Source of the DNA: Azolla caroliniana
Taxonomy: Eukaryota > Plantae > Polypodiophyta
Length of the DNA stretch: 64,000 bases
Reading direction: 5' to 3'
Assembly (NCBI GenBank): GCA_043228905.1
Contig: JBHGNT010000016.1
Span: 6,882,001-6,946,000, forward strand
Shown: positions 31,288 through 44,282 of the stretch, piece after piece
Layout: every line of letters starts with the position of its first letter
Position numbering within the stretch: position 1 is the first letter of the stretch
Notes under the pieces: model-generated
What the model saw: only the letters and a program-made list of their open reading frames with translations
The model's database searches: none
What the model was told of the DNA's origin: nothing
Made by a program: the position numbers and the translations under genes

Positions 31288-34145
31288 TAGGGTATTCGGT
31301 AGTATAGCCTATGTGCATAAACCAAATGAGAATCGGAAGAAGTTGGACCCAAAGTCGGAGAAGTGCATTCTAGCCAGCCACTCACATGAACAGAAGGGGT
31401 ATACGCGGAGACGGATCACACGCAAAGAGAAAGAGAAGAAGAAGATGCCGGAATACGGCACCGGTAGAGATGAGTCGGATCGGAGCCAATCCGACTCCGG
31501 AAAGAACGAAGATGGACCTTCAGAGATGAAGTCCAAATCGGCCAAGAAGTCCCTTAAATCGGCTAACAAGAAGTATTGCCAATCCACCCGCCAGAAGAAC
31601 ACCGTCAAGCGGTATGGTTATAATGAGCACACGGCTCATCACTATGCATACATGACGAAAATGGCGAGAGTGTGTGAGCCAAAGAGCTACACAGAAGCGG
31701 CGAAAGACAGAACTAGCGTGCCGCAATGGAGGAAGAAATGCGGACACTCGATGCCAACGACACATGGGACCTAGTTGACCCTCCCGACACTATAAATCAA
31801 TCTACTGCAAATGGATATTCAAGATGAAATATAATGCCTACGGTTCGGTCAACCGGTACAAGGCCCGGTTAGTGGCCAAAGGATATGCACAGACCCACGA
31901 AATCGACTACAACGAGACCTTCGCTCTGGTAGCGAAGATGAAGACGGTTTGTGTGGTGCTGGCAGTTGTTGCAGCAAAGGGGTGGCATCTTCACTAAATG
32001 GATGTGAAGAACGTGTTTCTTCAAGGAGATCTTGAAGAACAAGTCTATATGATCCAACTCAACAGATTTCAATCGGAGATAAACAAGTCAGTAGTGTGTT
32101 GAATCAAGAAGTTGCTAAACGGCCTGAAGCAAGCCCCCCTGTCTTGGAACTCCAAGATAACACACTGGTTGTGTAAGATGGGGTTTGCGGCCTCGAAGTC
32201 TGACTCTTCGTTGTTCATCCGGAGAGGTTTGGAAGGTCCGGTGTGCATCTTGCTATACGAGGATGATCTAGTCATCACCGGACTCGGACTCGCTGAAATT
32301 GGCCGAGTGAAGTCCCAACTGTCAGACGCATTCGAAATGAAGGACCTGGAGAACCTTCATTACTTCCTCCGGATCGAAGTGATCCATACCCCCGACGGCA
32401 TATTGGTCTCACATCGACAGTATGTGTTTAATATGCTTACAAGTTCGGCATGACCGACTACCGACTAGTGTTCACACCCTTGGACCGGAACTTGAAGCTT
32501 CGTCATGGCTCCGGACTGGCTTGCAATGAGAAACGGTTCCAATAAATTGTCGAAAACCTCATCTATTTTACTATCACCCGACCCCACATCAACTATCCGG
32601 TCTGGATGATAAGTCAGTTTATGCGGAAGTCGACCGTGGAGCAACTTCAGTGCACGCACCGAATACTCAAGTATGTTAGCAGCACTAAGGATCGGGGATT
32701 GTTATACCAACACGTTAGGTTTGAAAAGCTAGTGTTACACCGATGCCGACCGGGCCGGTGACACGTCGGATCGTCGGTTCACTTCTGGTTATATGTTTTC
32801 TCTTGCGAGCGCAGGTGTTGTGTGGAGCATCAAAAAGCAGTTGTCAGTGGCTCTATCGAGCACTGAGGCTGAGTATTGGGGCGCAACCGTCGCCACCTAT
32901 AAAGCCATTTGGCTTCAATGGCTGTTGCAAGACTCTAGATCGAAGTTCCGACTCAGATCCTGATTTACTACGACAACATGAGTCGCATGTTGCTTGCCAA
33001 GAACCCCATCTTCCATGCTCGCACGAAGCACATAGAGGTGCATTACCACTTTGTGCATGAACGAGTCCTAAGCGGTGAAGTTGAACTTCAGTATGTTCGG
33101 ACAGATCAACAGGTTGCCGACATTTTCACCAAGGCACTCGGAACCAACAAGTTGTAGCACTTCTCTGCGATGCTTGGGCTACAGCATCTCGACATGCCGC
33201 ACTTGAGGGGAAGAACTGGTACTAGTACGGGGAGAACCAGAGCAGAAACTGGAAAAATAGGTAAAGTAACCAGAGAAGTAACCGGAGAGCAAGAGGAAAT
33301 GACTAAAACATCGGGAGACAAGAATGAAAATGAAGTTAAATCCAAACAAGTCGGAACAAGCGGCGACAGCGGCAAAGTCAAGAAGGACATAGCCAACTAA
33401 AAGAAGAAGGCCAAGACACAGACATGGTCCGATGTTGTGAAGGGCCTGAAGATCAATTACGAGGTGGAGATAGCCAACTCGGACAAGAGCGGGAACGAAT
33501 CGGAGACAGCCGATTCGAACAAACTGAATCACTTGGAGACCAAGCGGACTAGAAGGCAGCGGAAGTCGACGCTGACATGAAGGAACCGACGGGTTGAGAA
33601 GCGCCAAAGTCATAGCAACAAAGGAGCTGAGAAGGGCCTCTTGAGCAAACAAGCCGACCAAGAAGGTCGAGGTGCACAGAACCGGACGCGTCATGGGAAG
33701 CGGAAGAACTGGATGCCAGGAAAATCCAACTGCAAGGATCGACAAAGACTGACACTAAGATCCGACCTGAAGTTGAGCTTGAGGGGGAGTGTTGAGTGTA
33801 CAAGCTCAACCTGATCCAAATCAGCTGAATAAGCCAAAGCCGGATCGTTATCCGAAACCCAAGCCGGATCGGTGTCCGAAGAAGAGAGCCGGATCAAAGG
33901 GCCAGACCCACGTGCAAACTGGTAGGCCATTGGGGGTCAACACTCCTAGACTACTATGTAGTTATCCTAGGAGTTAGTGGCAATAGCTTGGTACGAGCAT
34001 TGAAGTACTTGTCAGTACTTCTATCAATCCTTTATGGACATGTATAAAAGTGCTCACTGAGCACATTGTATGTATAGAGTCTTTGACTAATTTGAAATTA
34101 GTTTTGTTCTGCTCTCTCTGTCTCTCCTGTGTACTCTCTCTCTAT
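31288..34145 (+). mobile_element. Ty1/copia fragment (integrase end, RT, RNase H, 3' extension, PPT, partial 3' LTR from 33790)
   Basis: RVFGSIAYVH, YKARLVAKGY, GLKQAP, LYEDDL, KHIEVHYHF, QVADIFTK; CTTGAGGGGGAG|TGTTG. Many stops; both ends approximate. Confidence 0.92.
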
Positions 34146-34149
34146 GATC

Positions 34150-35901
34150 GAAGGTTCCATTAAACCTGCACAATATTTCTGTTAATATCCGATGAAGTCG
34201 GTGAAGTCTACAAGCTTCTGCACGCAATTCTTTACATAATGTTAATAGCGTATTGGTTATTAGTATATAACTAGTTATTGATACTAGCTTATGCATGTAA
34301 TAATGAGTCCAATATAATGCTTATTAGCTTTTAGCTACTAACTACTTGTGGCTATAAGATTCAAAATAAATAGAGAATTAAATAGTTATGGCTAGTAACT
34401 AATAGCTAGAACTACTAATGATGAGTTATCTTAGCTTATTGCCACTTATATAATACCTAGATAAATGTAAATACCTGAGGTACATCAAGACGGTGAATGG
34501 GATGCTCCTTGTATTAACTCCTTCAAAAACATTTCCTGCACAAATCCTTCTTATTGGGTGAAGCCCTACTCTCGTTAATCCAAAATATGATGATTATATC
34601 CTTGATTTATGATTTTATGAGCATCACTAGCTTACATCTTGTAGTTAACTTTAGTAGACTACTTCCTTCACCTCTTAAACTTAAGCGGTTTATTGTTATG
34701 TATACACTTTTTCTACAAACACTAATTAACTTAGGTAGCATACTGATATTAAGATTGTCAACATCACTATTTAGTAACATCATTAGACTAGATATTTTTC
34801 TGAAAATATCATATTTAGAATTGCTCATGTCGAGTAGTGTTTTTCTTAGATTATTAACTAGTACATTTGTTACATTTCCATTGAGATCATCAAAATCAAT
34901 TATATCTTTTATTGTTGGATCACTTAATATTCCATTAAGTATTACCTTCTTGTCTCCATAAGTGATGTGGTTGATTAGACTATTGAAATACTCCGCGATC
35001 TTTCTCTCAACAATTTTAGTTTCATTTCTTCCATTCTTAGTGATATTCATATCTACAACATTTAGCCAATATTATCCTTACCTTTCATTAATGTGTTTAG
35101 CTTACCCTTTAACATTTGTCAATGTTTCCATTTTCTTTTTTCTGCCCAATATTTTCTTATAGCTTGTTGTGTATTAATAGCCCGAAGTCTTTCTTTAGGT
35201 TTCACGAGGCTAGTGATAAACGCTCTGCTTCAACTTCCATTAGAAAATCCCAGTTAGCTAATTCAAAGGAAGAATGAGACGTAAAAGGGGGGAAATAATG
35301 AATGTGGCCAGTGTTGTATCGACTTGATCACATGCAACAGCAAAGAATGACTATATTGAATATTACATGTAAGGAGAGATTGCAGTGACGATGTTTGCAG
35401 AGGTGGGTAAGAGCGGAGATTGCAGCAACAATACTTGTAGAAGCGGTGATGACTATTGACAATCGTAGCGATAATACATACAAAGACAGTAATGAGTGAT
35501 TGCAACGACGGTATAAATAGAGGTAAAGAGCGATTGCAACAGAAGTACATGCAGAGGCAATAAGGAGCAATTGCAGCAACAATACTTGCAAAGGTGGGTA
35601 GACATATGCATGAGGGAAGGAAGGTTGTAGCGGAGGAATGATGAGTGAGGAACAATACCATTAATGTCGCCAATGTGATTGATCATGCATAATGGGGCAT
35701 TCAATCCACCTAGGAATTTGTTAAATAATTAAACCTTTCTAATAATATTATTTATGATACACATTTAATTTTAACTTTATTTGAGATAACATTTTGATAA
35801 TCGCAATAATTGCCAAACAACTAAATTACATTTAGCTTTTCGCATACCTGATTAGTTATGTCAAGGACACATCTAATGTTCCCATTCCCATGCTTTCACC
35901 C
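34150..35901 (-). mobile_element. Sola2-like transposon copy 2 (5' TIR, exon 1, same intron donor), inverted relative to copy 1
   Basis: ORF 34607-35050 is homologous to 26147-26863; GATGTACCTCAG|GTATTTACATT donor at 34474; TIR ends at 35901. Confidence 0.85.
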
Positions 35902-35949
35902 CTATCACATCATTAGCCCGAGACAAGAGATAACTATTTTTTATCGTGA

Positions 35950-36910
35950 CTTTATTCAAATGGTGATAATTAATATATAGTTGCCACGATCCATCTTTTT
36001 ATTTGACTAGGACCGGTGCACCCTAAGGTGATTTACTATGACGTATATGGCACATCCTTCATCTTCTTCAGTTGGATTATGTCAATATGGAGGAATACTA
36101 ATAGGTGAAGTACTTAATATGAGATTGATATTATGGTCAATGTTACATTTAGGAGATAGTGCTTTTGGTAATTCCTTAGGGAATACGTCTTGAAATTCTT
36201 CTAAGAGTGTATCAAGCACTTGTTATTCAAAATATGTTAGTTGATTCCTGTCACTTGATCAAGTTCAAGAACACAACAATGCATTGTACAACAAGAAGAA
36301 TCGAAAAAAGATGTGCTCTAAAGAGTAGAGACAAACAAAGGTTTAACACATTGAATAAAGTGTTGAGTTATTTATAGAAAATGATATTAAATGGTTCACC
36401 CAATCAATGGATAAAGGTGAATTCTTATTAAAAAAACATGGATAACAAAGTATTACATCAGTGCATCTAAGACTCATAACATGAAAGTCTAGTTTTTCCA
36501 TATTGGTATCTATATGGATTGGCAATTGGTCAATCGCGCCATTGATGTATTGAACACCTCCATCCGTTAGATGGACTTAGTAATTATGATCAATTAGGCT
36601 AGGATGAAGTCCCAACATTTGAACCAAACAATCATTGCTGAAATTATGTGAGCTACCAGAGTCAAATAAAAAATATACTAAAGTGCCTTTGTAAGTTTGT
36701 TAGCAAGAAGCAAATCATTAGGCCTTGGTACATGTTGCGGAAAAGAACATGGAAAATAACTTAGATGTTGAGTATAAACCTCAAGAATATCATGTAATTG
36801 ACCTTTGCAATTACTAGGAATCTTGCCCTTCAATTCAAACCCCTTTGGTTGGAGGTTTGGACATTGCTCCTTCATATGACCCTTCTTTTTTCCATAACCA
36901 TATGTAGGTA
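35950..36910 (-). pseudogene. Old Ty3/gypsy gag-protease-RT remnant
   Basis: Minus-strand GHMKEQCP (knuckle), LFDSGSSHNF (protease), LEEFQDVFPKELP (pre-RT). Confidence 0.7.
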
Positions 36911-37446
36911 TTTGTCACTTAGAGTCATGAGTTGAGAATTTGTTGGGTGTCTTCCATTTCCCACCGAATTATGATGGATTAGGTGTAGATGCAAGGAGTA
37001 TGGCGAGCCTTCGAGTGTGTGGAGCCTTCAACTCTGAAAACCTTTCAACTCCTAAGGGCTTTCGACTATGGGGAGCCTTCGAGTCTCCAAACATCCGCGT
37101 CTTCCTAGTCTTTGTGCCTCCATGGTCCAAGACCATCGTGGTCCCACTCGAGCAGGACACACTCGTTTCTTTACTCTATAATGACATGTATACCCGCCTA
37201 TATAAGTTTTATAAGAACACCACCTCCCTTCTTCGTTACCTACGTCACCTCCACATGGCTCTTTGGGAAGTTCAACGAGTTCTCCACAACTACGAACCAA
37301 AAGCAAGATATCTTACTTCCCCAACTAAAAATCCAACGCCTTTAACTCCACCCAAGACCACAACACCCCCTTGCACCAGTTTCTTGAGGTTCTTTTTTCT
37401 TTGTTGGCGTCTCTTTTTTATGTTTTCCTTATTCCTAGACCAACGT

Positions 37447-38420
37447 TGTCGTGAAGTATGAAAGCTTCACATTAAAAGTCTACAATAAGATAAATACGTA
37501 ATCAAAATAAAATAAACCTTTATAATGTTAATAACATACTATGATAATATTATACGTTACATGTAGAGACAAATATATCTATTATATTACATAGACAAGA
37601 GAGGACTTGAACTAATAAACCCTACCTTATGACACTCAAAGGTTACCATTTAGCCTATACTAATAATTTACAAAATAATTTATGATTTGAATCAGTATTT
37701 TATAGTCTAAACCATGTAATATAATAAATGCACAAAATTACATGGGCAAAAGAGGACTTGAACCAACAACCTCAACCTTATGACATTCAAACCTTACCAT
37801 TTAGCCTCTACTTACAATGTATATAAGTATGTGTCTTGTTTTCATTTTAACTAGTATTATATGGTTTAAACCATCAAACGTGCTACATGTGCACCATATA
37901 GCACACATGCAAGAGCCTCTTTGCATGTGCGCCACATGGCCCACATGTAGAACCATCTCTTCCCTATAAAAGGAGAAGGAAGTATAGACAAAGGCAAGAA
38001 ATAAGATGGAAATGATTATATTGGATCTAGAGAAAGATATATTGTAATAGAGAAAGAGAGAGAGAAAGGTATTCTTAAAAGAGAAAAGAAGAACTAGCTT
38101 GGTGGTGGTGGTCCTCAACTCGCAACGGAAGGGCGACGGTTCGAGTCTTATACTTGTCGACAGATTGAAGGGAAGACTATGGTCTACCATCAAGAAAGAA
38201 AAGAGTGATTACCTTGTGAGACAAAGCTCGAAGGTTCAACGATGCTCGCAATTATTTCATTCCTTCAAATATCGTTCTATATCCCATCTTGTCATATCTT
38301 GTTGATCTCTATTTACTCTATCTCTACTCTTCCGTCCATAATCCCAGTGATTCCTTCCTCACTTTCACGATATCTTTTGTCTACACAATGGTACGCTTCT
38401 AGGCGAGCCACACCACGACA
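37447..38420 (+). repeat. 5' LTR of D
   Basis: TGTCGTGAAG...CACGACA; direct repeat of 44116-45146. Confidence 0.95.
37590..37811 (-). promoter_or_regulatory. Two tandem tRNA-like (A-box/B-box) modules in U3 of the D LTR; repeated at ~44285-44506
   Basis: Copy 2 on the minus strand reads AGGCTAAATGG-N14-CAT-AA-N5-AGGTT-GTT-GGTTCAAGTCC, with canonical tRNA spacing; the stems are not conserved. Confidence 0.65.
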
Positions 38421-38425
38421 CAATT

Positions 38426-38443
38426 TGGTAAACACGACATGAA
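38426..38443 (+). promoter_or_regulatory. Degenerate tRNA-Trp PBS of D
   Basis: TGGTAAACACGACATGAA, 15 of 18 identical to the B2 PBS. Confidence 0.75.
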
Positions 38444-38487
38444 ACGGGGAAGTAGAAGAGACATCTAAAGCAAAGGTCAACATCAAC

Positions 38488-40632
38488 ATGGCAAGTACGA
38501 GTACAATGGATCCGGTAAGGTTGTTTATTGAAAAATTGAATCAAGATCAATTATTTCATGCCTTACGAGAAGTCCGAGAGAAATTTGGTATGTTTGATGG
38601 CACAAATATCTCAAAGTATGTCAATATATATTATGATGAAATGGAAATGTTTGGTGTGAATGATGTCAATATGATAGCAACCTTTTATAAATTAGTGGAA
38701 ATGGAATTAAGAGATAGAATTTGTGAAATACAAGCATTGCATAGTTTGGATTGGAATGCATTCAAAGAAGCGCTTGTGTCTGAATATTCTCGTGAAGATT
38801 TCTCTCGAGTTATTATGCGTTCATTTCATGAATGAATCTTAAAAGAAGATAAAGGGTTATCTGTGGCTGACACAAAAAAGAGTTTGATAGGATGTATGGA
38901 CACTTAAAGCTAGAAGAAAGAAATTCTTTGACTTGGCAAAAGGTTGCTTTATTTTTGCAGGCAGTTGACAAGAGATATAGAAAAGAATTGGAATTTATGC
39001 TTGAAGTGCCAAATACCAAGGATGGTATAACGGTAGATTGGAATGAGGTAACAAATGCTTGTAATAAATTTATGAAAAGAATGCAAAGGAATGGTGTATT
39101 GCTACAAATACCACATGTGGGAATCATGAATCGGCTTGATCAAAACATCGAAGTTCAAAGACATGGTCGAGAACCATCACACGAAATGGTGCATCAACCA
39201 TGTGAAATGATCGGAACTAAGAGTGAAAGATATAACAATTAAAGTGGCAAAGCTTGAGAATGGTCAAACTTTGAGGTCAAGGGAACCATTCCGACCCCGA
39301 TGCATGTGGTGTGATAGTTTCGAACATCGTCTACGTGATTGTGAAGAATATAAAGTCATGGAAAATCGAGACTTAGTGTATTGGAAAAATGGTAACATTT
39401 ATTTAACTGAAACTAGAAGTCCACTTACAAAGAAATTTGGTGATGGTGGTGTTAAGGTTAAATTTGAAGAAGTTGAAGCAAAGAAGGCTTCCGCAATGTA
39501 CTACTCGACAACGGCAGGAATGTGCCTCAATGACATGTCATCCCGATCATCATTCTGGGAGAAGGTTGTAAGTACCGCACAAAAGCAAAAGATGAAGATG
39601 GAAGACCTTCGTGTTGCCGGAGATTTTGTAAGGAAAAACACTGGATGGGATGTTCTAGTAGATGTTATGATGGTCTATGCTCAGATGGCAGAACACCAAG
39701 AGCATGAGGTGATAGTGGAAGAAAAAAGGAAAAGGCCGGATGATGAGATTGGCTCAACAAAAAAGCATGAGACAAGAGAAAGCAAAAGAAAGGAGATGCT
39801 AGACGCAAAAGTCGAAAAAGGTAAATCTAGTCCTTCATTCAAATTAATGTCTGATATTGAAAAGGATACAAATTTAAAGAAAGTTTTAGAAACAAGAATA
39901 CTAGACAGTCAAGTAGAATTTACACTAAGAGAAGTGTTAGGTATTGCAAAAAAGGAATTTCATGATGAAATAATTGATATTGTGCGAAGAAAGAAGCAAG
40001 TAAATGAGCAGGTTAAAGAGACAAATCCGAAGGTGGCATATGAAGTGGTGAGCAACGAGTCAAACAATATCATTGTTGACTCTCAACATGCATCGACCTC
40101 AATGATAAATTCAAAAGATGTAAGAAGCCATTACTCTCGCAAATGTTGGGCAAGAGCCACTATTGAGCATCATGTGAAGATTGGAAATGTTCTAGACCCC
40201 GTGATGGCACTTATTGATCATGGTTTTGAAATAAATATAATGAGTACTGATTTTTAAAGGAAAGGTAGATGGCCAATTGATACTCAACATGGTTGGCAAG
40301 TAAAAGTGGCCATATCAGTCACGTAAGATTTATTTGGTGCATGCCCAAATGTAAAGGTTACTATTGGTGATATAGAGGTAGATCAACATTTCTTTGTGCA
40401 GGAAGGATCTACTTATCCAATAATCTTGAGGCAACCATACATTACAGCGGTACGGATGGAGACCAAAGTCCTCGACAATGGTTCTACCTATGCGAAAATC
40501 CGTAGCCAAGATGGACGACGAATTGTACAAGTTATGACAGTTCGCCCAAATCATTAGAGAAACAAGCAAGAGCTTCGTGATCATTCAATACCAAAAGACT
40601 GTGATGATTTTGATAATCAGGTTTTTTATTAG
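38488..40632 (+). pseudogene. gag-protease ORF1 of D
   Basis: Capsid region, CMWCDSFEHRLRDC knuckle, protease ALIDHG; several stops and frameshifts; ends CAG GTT TTT TAT TAG. Confidence 0.88.
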
Positions 40633-43600
40633 GACTGTTGCGAGTGAGGGTTGCAATAGTCCCATTATTAAAAGACCCTCATATAGGGCATTACAACATA
40701 TGAATAAGACTATCATTTCATGTTTCTGAAAGTGGTGTTATGTGTGACTAGGATGTATGAATGCAAGAGGAACTTGAAAAAGAATGTTAATCTGTTTCAG
40801 CAGGCATTGAAGGATAATGGAGTACTTGAAATGGAAGAGCAGATTGAAAGTGTTAATGAAGAAATTTCTTTTGCAAATACTTTAGAAGAGTTAGAAATGT
40901 TTTGAAAGAAGATGATGAGAATGTTAGAAAGATACATGTAAACTCAATTGATATGTATTATGAAATTGATAAGTATAATTGTAAATATGAAGAAGTAGAA
41001 GGTTTATGTAACACAAAATATAAAACAATAGATAAAAAGATTAAACCTGTTGTAGTACCAGTACCTATTGGTAGCGAAGAGAATATGAAGGCAGCATCAA
41101 CTGAGCATATGATTCGACCAATAGAGAAGATTGGACATCACTTCACTCCAGATACAATAAATAACTTAAGAATCGGAGGGGGTGAATTTCTTCTACAATC
41201 AGAGATCGCGACTTTCAAAGACATGATCTTTAGGCATGGGAAAGCGTTCACATTCAAAGCCGAGGAGATTGGTTGTGTAGATCCAAAGGTGGTAACGCCA
41301 ATGGTAATATTTACTATCCCTCATATTCCTTAGAATTTTAAACCTATTGCAGTACCGAGAGCTCAATTACCTCAATTGTTGGAGCTAATGAAGGATAAAG
41401 TCAAGATGAAGATTTTAGAGCCTTCAAATGCACCATACTCCAACCGATGGTTCACCGTTCCAAAGAAAGATGGCTCTCTAATATTCATTCAAGATCTACA
41501 ACCAGTCAACAAAGTCACAATCCGAAATGCAGGAATCGGGCCGATCGTTGATGAATTTGGAGAAGCTTTTGTTGGGAGAGCAATTTACTCTATGGGAGAC
41601 CTATATTCAGGATTGACCAATTTCAACTAGCAATTAATAGTCGCAATATCACAACAATGAGAACACCAATTGGGTTGGTTCAAATGTGCACTCTACCTCA
41701 ATGTGCGACAAATTCAGTTGCTCATATGATGAATGCAATGAACAAGGTTCTACATGAGTACATCCCAAAGGTAACTATGCCATTTTTAGATGATATTCCT
41801 CAAATGATGCTTAGAAAGAGAGAAAGATGAGACCATAGTTGGAAATGGTTGCAGAAAGTTTGTGATGGATCACATTAATGATTGTGAAAGTATTTTAAAT
41901 AAGCTTGAGCAAGTACATTTGACACTATCAAGAACAAAGTCAAGCTTTGGGCAGAATGAAGTTCTGATAGTTGGTCATATGTGTGGGTGGTATGGGAGGA
42001 AGCCTTCACCAATCAAAATTAACGCAATACAAAACATGAAGGAAGTTTGCGAGTCAGTAACAGAGGTGAGAAGATTTTTTAGGTGCATGTGTATTTTATC
42101 ATATTTGGTTACCGCACTTTGCACATGTCTCAGATCCTCTCTATCAACTTTTAAGAAAAGGGAAGAATTTTATATGGACTAATGAACATACACAAGTTGT
42201 TTAACAGTTGAAAGAAGCATTATTGAAAGCTCCAGTTCTTCGTCAATCAAACTACAAAGGTGAAAGACCAATTATAGTGACAGTTGATACTAGCCCAATC
42301 AGGATTGGTTGGGTTATCAACCAAGAAGATGAAGAGCAACATTGATATGCTATCAGGTTTGGAGCAAAGATATTAAATGATACGCAAAGAAATTATGCGC
42401 AAGTTAAACGAGAATTGTGGGGTTTGCTTACTGCACTAAAAACAAATAGAGATTACTTGATTGGAGTAGATGTAGTGGTTGAAATAGATTGTTTGCCACT
42501 CATCGTAATGATAGCAAGTTGTACGACACCAGATATTGCAATGCTTCGGTGGATTGCATACATCAGAACCATGAACCCAGAATTGCGGCATATAAAGGGC
42601 AAAGAGAACCATGGCGCAGATATGCTGTCAAGGGCAAGGTTCATAAATGAAAAGCTAATGCAAACTGAAGATAAGAACTGGGCAACTACAAACCATCAAG
42701 TTGCTCATCAAGTATCTATTAAGCCTCATGATGAGTTTAATGTAAGTATAATGTTCAAAGACACAAAGTATGAAGGTCAATGGTTAGAAATAGGAAAACT
42801 TTTAAAGACTCAAGAAGTCGACCCATCATGGTCAAAGAAACAACTAAATGAATTTCGAAGAAGATCATTCAAATTTTTTTTACATGAAGGGCATCTATGG
42901 AGGCACCCAAAAAGGCCAACCGAAAATCCTCTTCGAGTCATTTGTAAGAATGATATTAAAAGAAAATTAATGACTGAATTCCATGATAGTTTGTGGGCAG
43001 GACATAGAGGCATATGGGTGACATTTATGAAGTTAAAAGAGAAGTATTGGTGGTCACATATGTATAAAGGTGTAATGAAATTTGTGGAAACTTGTGAAAT
43101 ATGTCAAAGGTATTCAACTATTCGATATCGAGATGAGCTAAAACCAACATATTCATCATCAATGCACTATAAATGGATGGTTGATCTAGTGACAATGCCA
43201 CTTGGGGAAGGTCAAATGCGATATTTAGTACTAGCAAGAGAAGACCTTACAAACCAAGTAGAAGGAAGACCACTACGACAAAAAACAACTAGAGTTGTAT
43301 GTAAATTTTTGTTAGAAGATGTAATATGTCGTTATGGGTGTGTTGGTAAAATAATTGCAGATAGAGGAGAACTTGACTCTGATGAAGCTAGAGAATTCTT
43401 CAGCCGGATAGGGGTCAAATTATCTCTTACAACTGTGTATAATCCAAAAGCCAATGGAAAGATTGAAAGAGGACATAGCCCAATAGTTAAGGTGATCGTG
43501 AAAAGTTGTAAAGGTAAAATAAGAGATTGGCCACGCATGCTACCGTATGCACTATGTGCAGATCGGACAACACATAGTTCGGTAATAGGATATATGCCAA

Positions 43601-44075
43601 CTGAATTGATACTTGGCCAAAAGCCCATCATGCCAATAGAAGGATCAATTATGTCGTGGACATCTATTCCATGGAGAGAAGAGTTGAGCAGAGAAGAATT
43701 GTTGGTTTTGCGAATTCAACAATTAGAGCATCGGCCTAAAGATGTAGAATTAGCAGCCCAACGATTGGAGGCTCGATTGAAGAATAAAATTGGTTTTGAT
43801 AAAACTCACAGAATTCGACATAAGAAGATAGAAGACGGGGATTGGGTGCTTGTGTATGATAGCAGTTTAGATAATCAACATAGCATCGTCCGCAAGTTTG
43901 TTGAAAGATGGTTTGGGCCTTACATAGTAAGATATATGATAACTTTACTTATAAGCTTAGTGAATTGGATGGGACACTAATCCTAAACATGGTAGCTGGA
44001 AAGAGGATAAAAGTATTTAAGAAAAGGTTTGAGCTTGCAGCTCCTCCAATAGATCAACATGAAGATGAAATATAG
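40620..44075 (+). pseudogene. pol ORF2 of D (RT, RNase H, integrase), beginning at the candidate frameshift signal 40620-40682
   Basis: ORFs 40902-41333, 41376-41630, 41862-42182 and 42415-43980 are colinear with A pol. Confidence 0.92.
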
Positions 44076-44115
44076 TGGCACATGCCGGAGGATGTGCAGG
44101 TCTAGAGGGGGTGGA

Positions 44116-44237
44116 TGTCGTGAAGTACGAAAGCTTCACATTAAAAGTCTACAATAAGATAAATACGTAATCAAAATAAAATAAACCTTTATAATGTTAA
44201 TAACATACTATGATAATATTATATGTTATATGTAGAG

Positions 44238-44282
<45 letters not shown>

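Noticed and set aside
24653-35901. A single intact DNA transposon bounded by TIRs
   Set aside because: No target duplication, and both ends are followed by transposase exon 1, so they are two 5' ends.
37590-37811. Functional tRNA-Met genes
   Set aside because: Acceptor, anticodon and T stems do not pair; reported only as tRNA-derived boxes.
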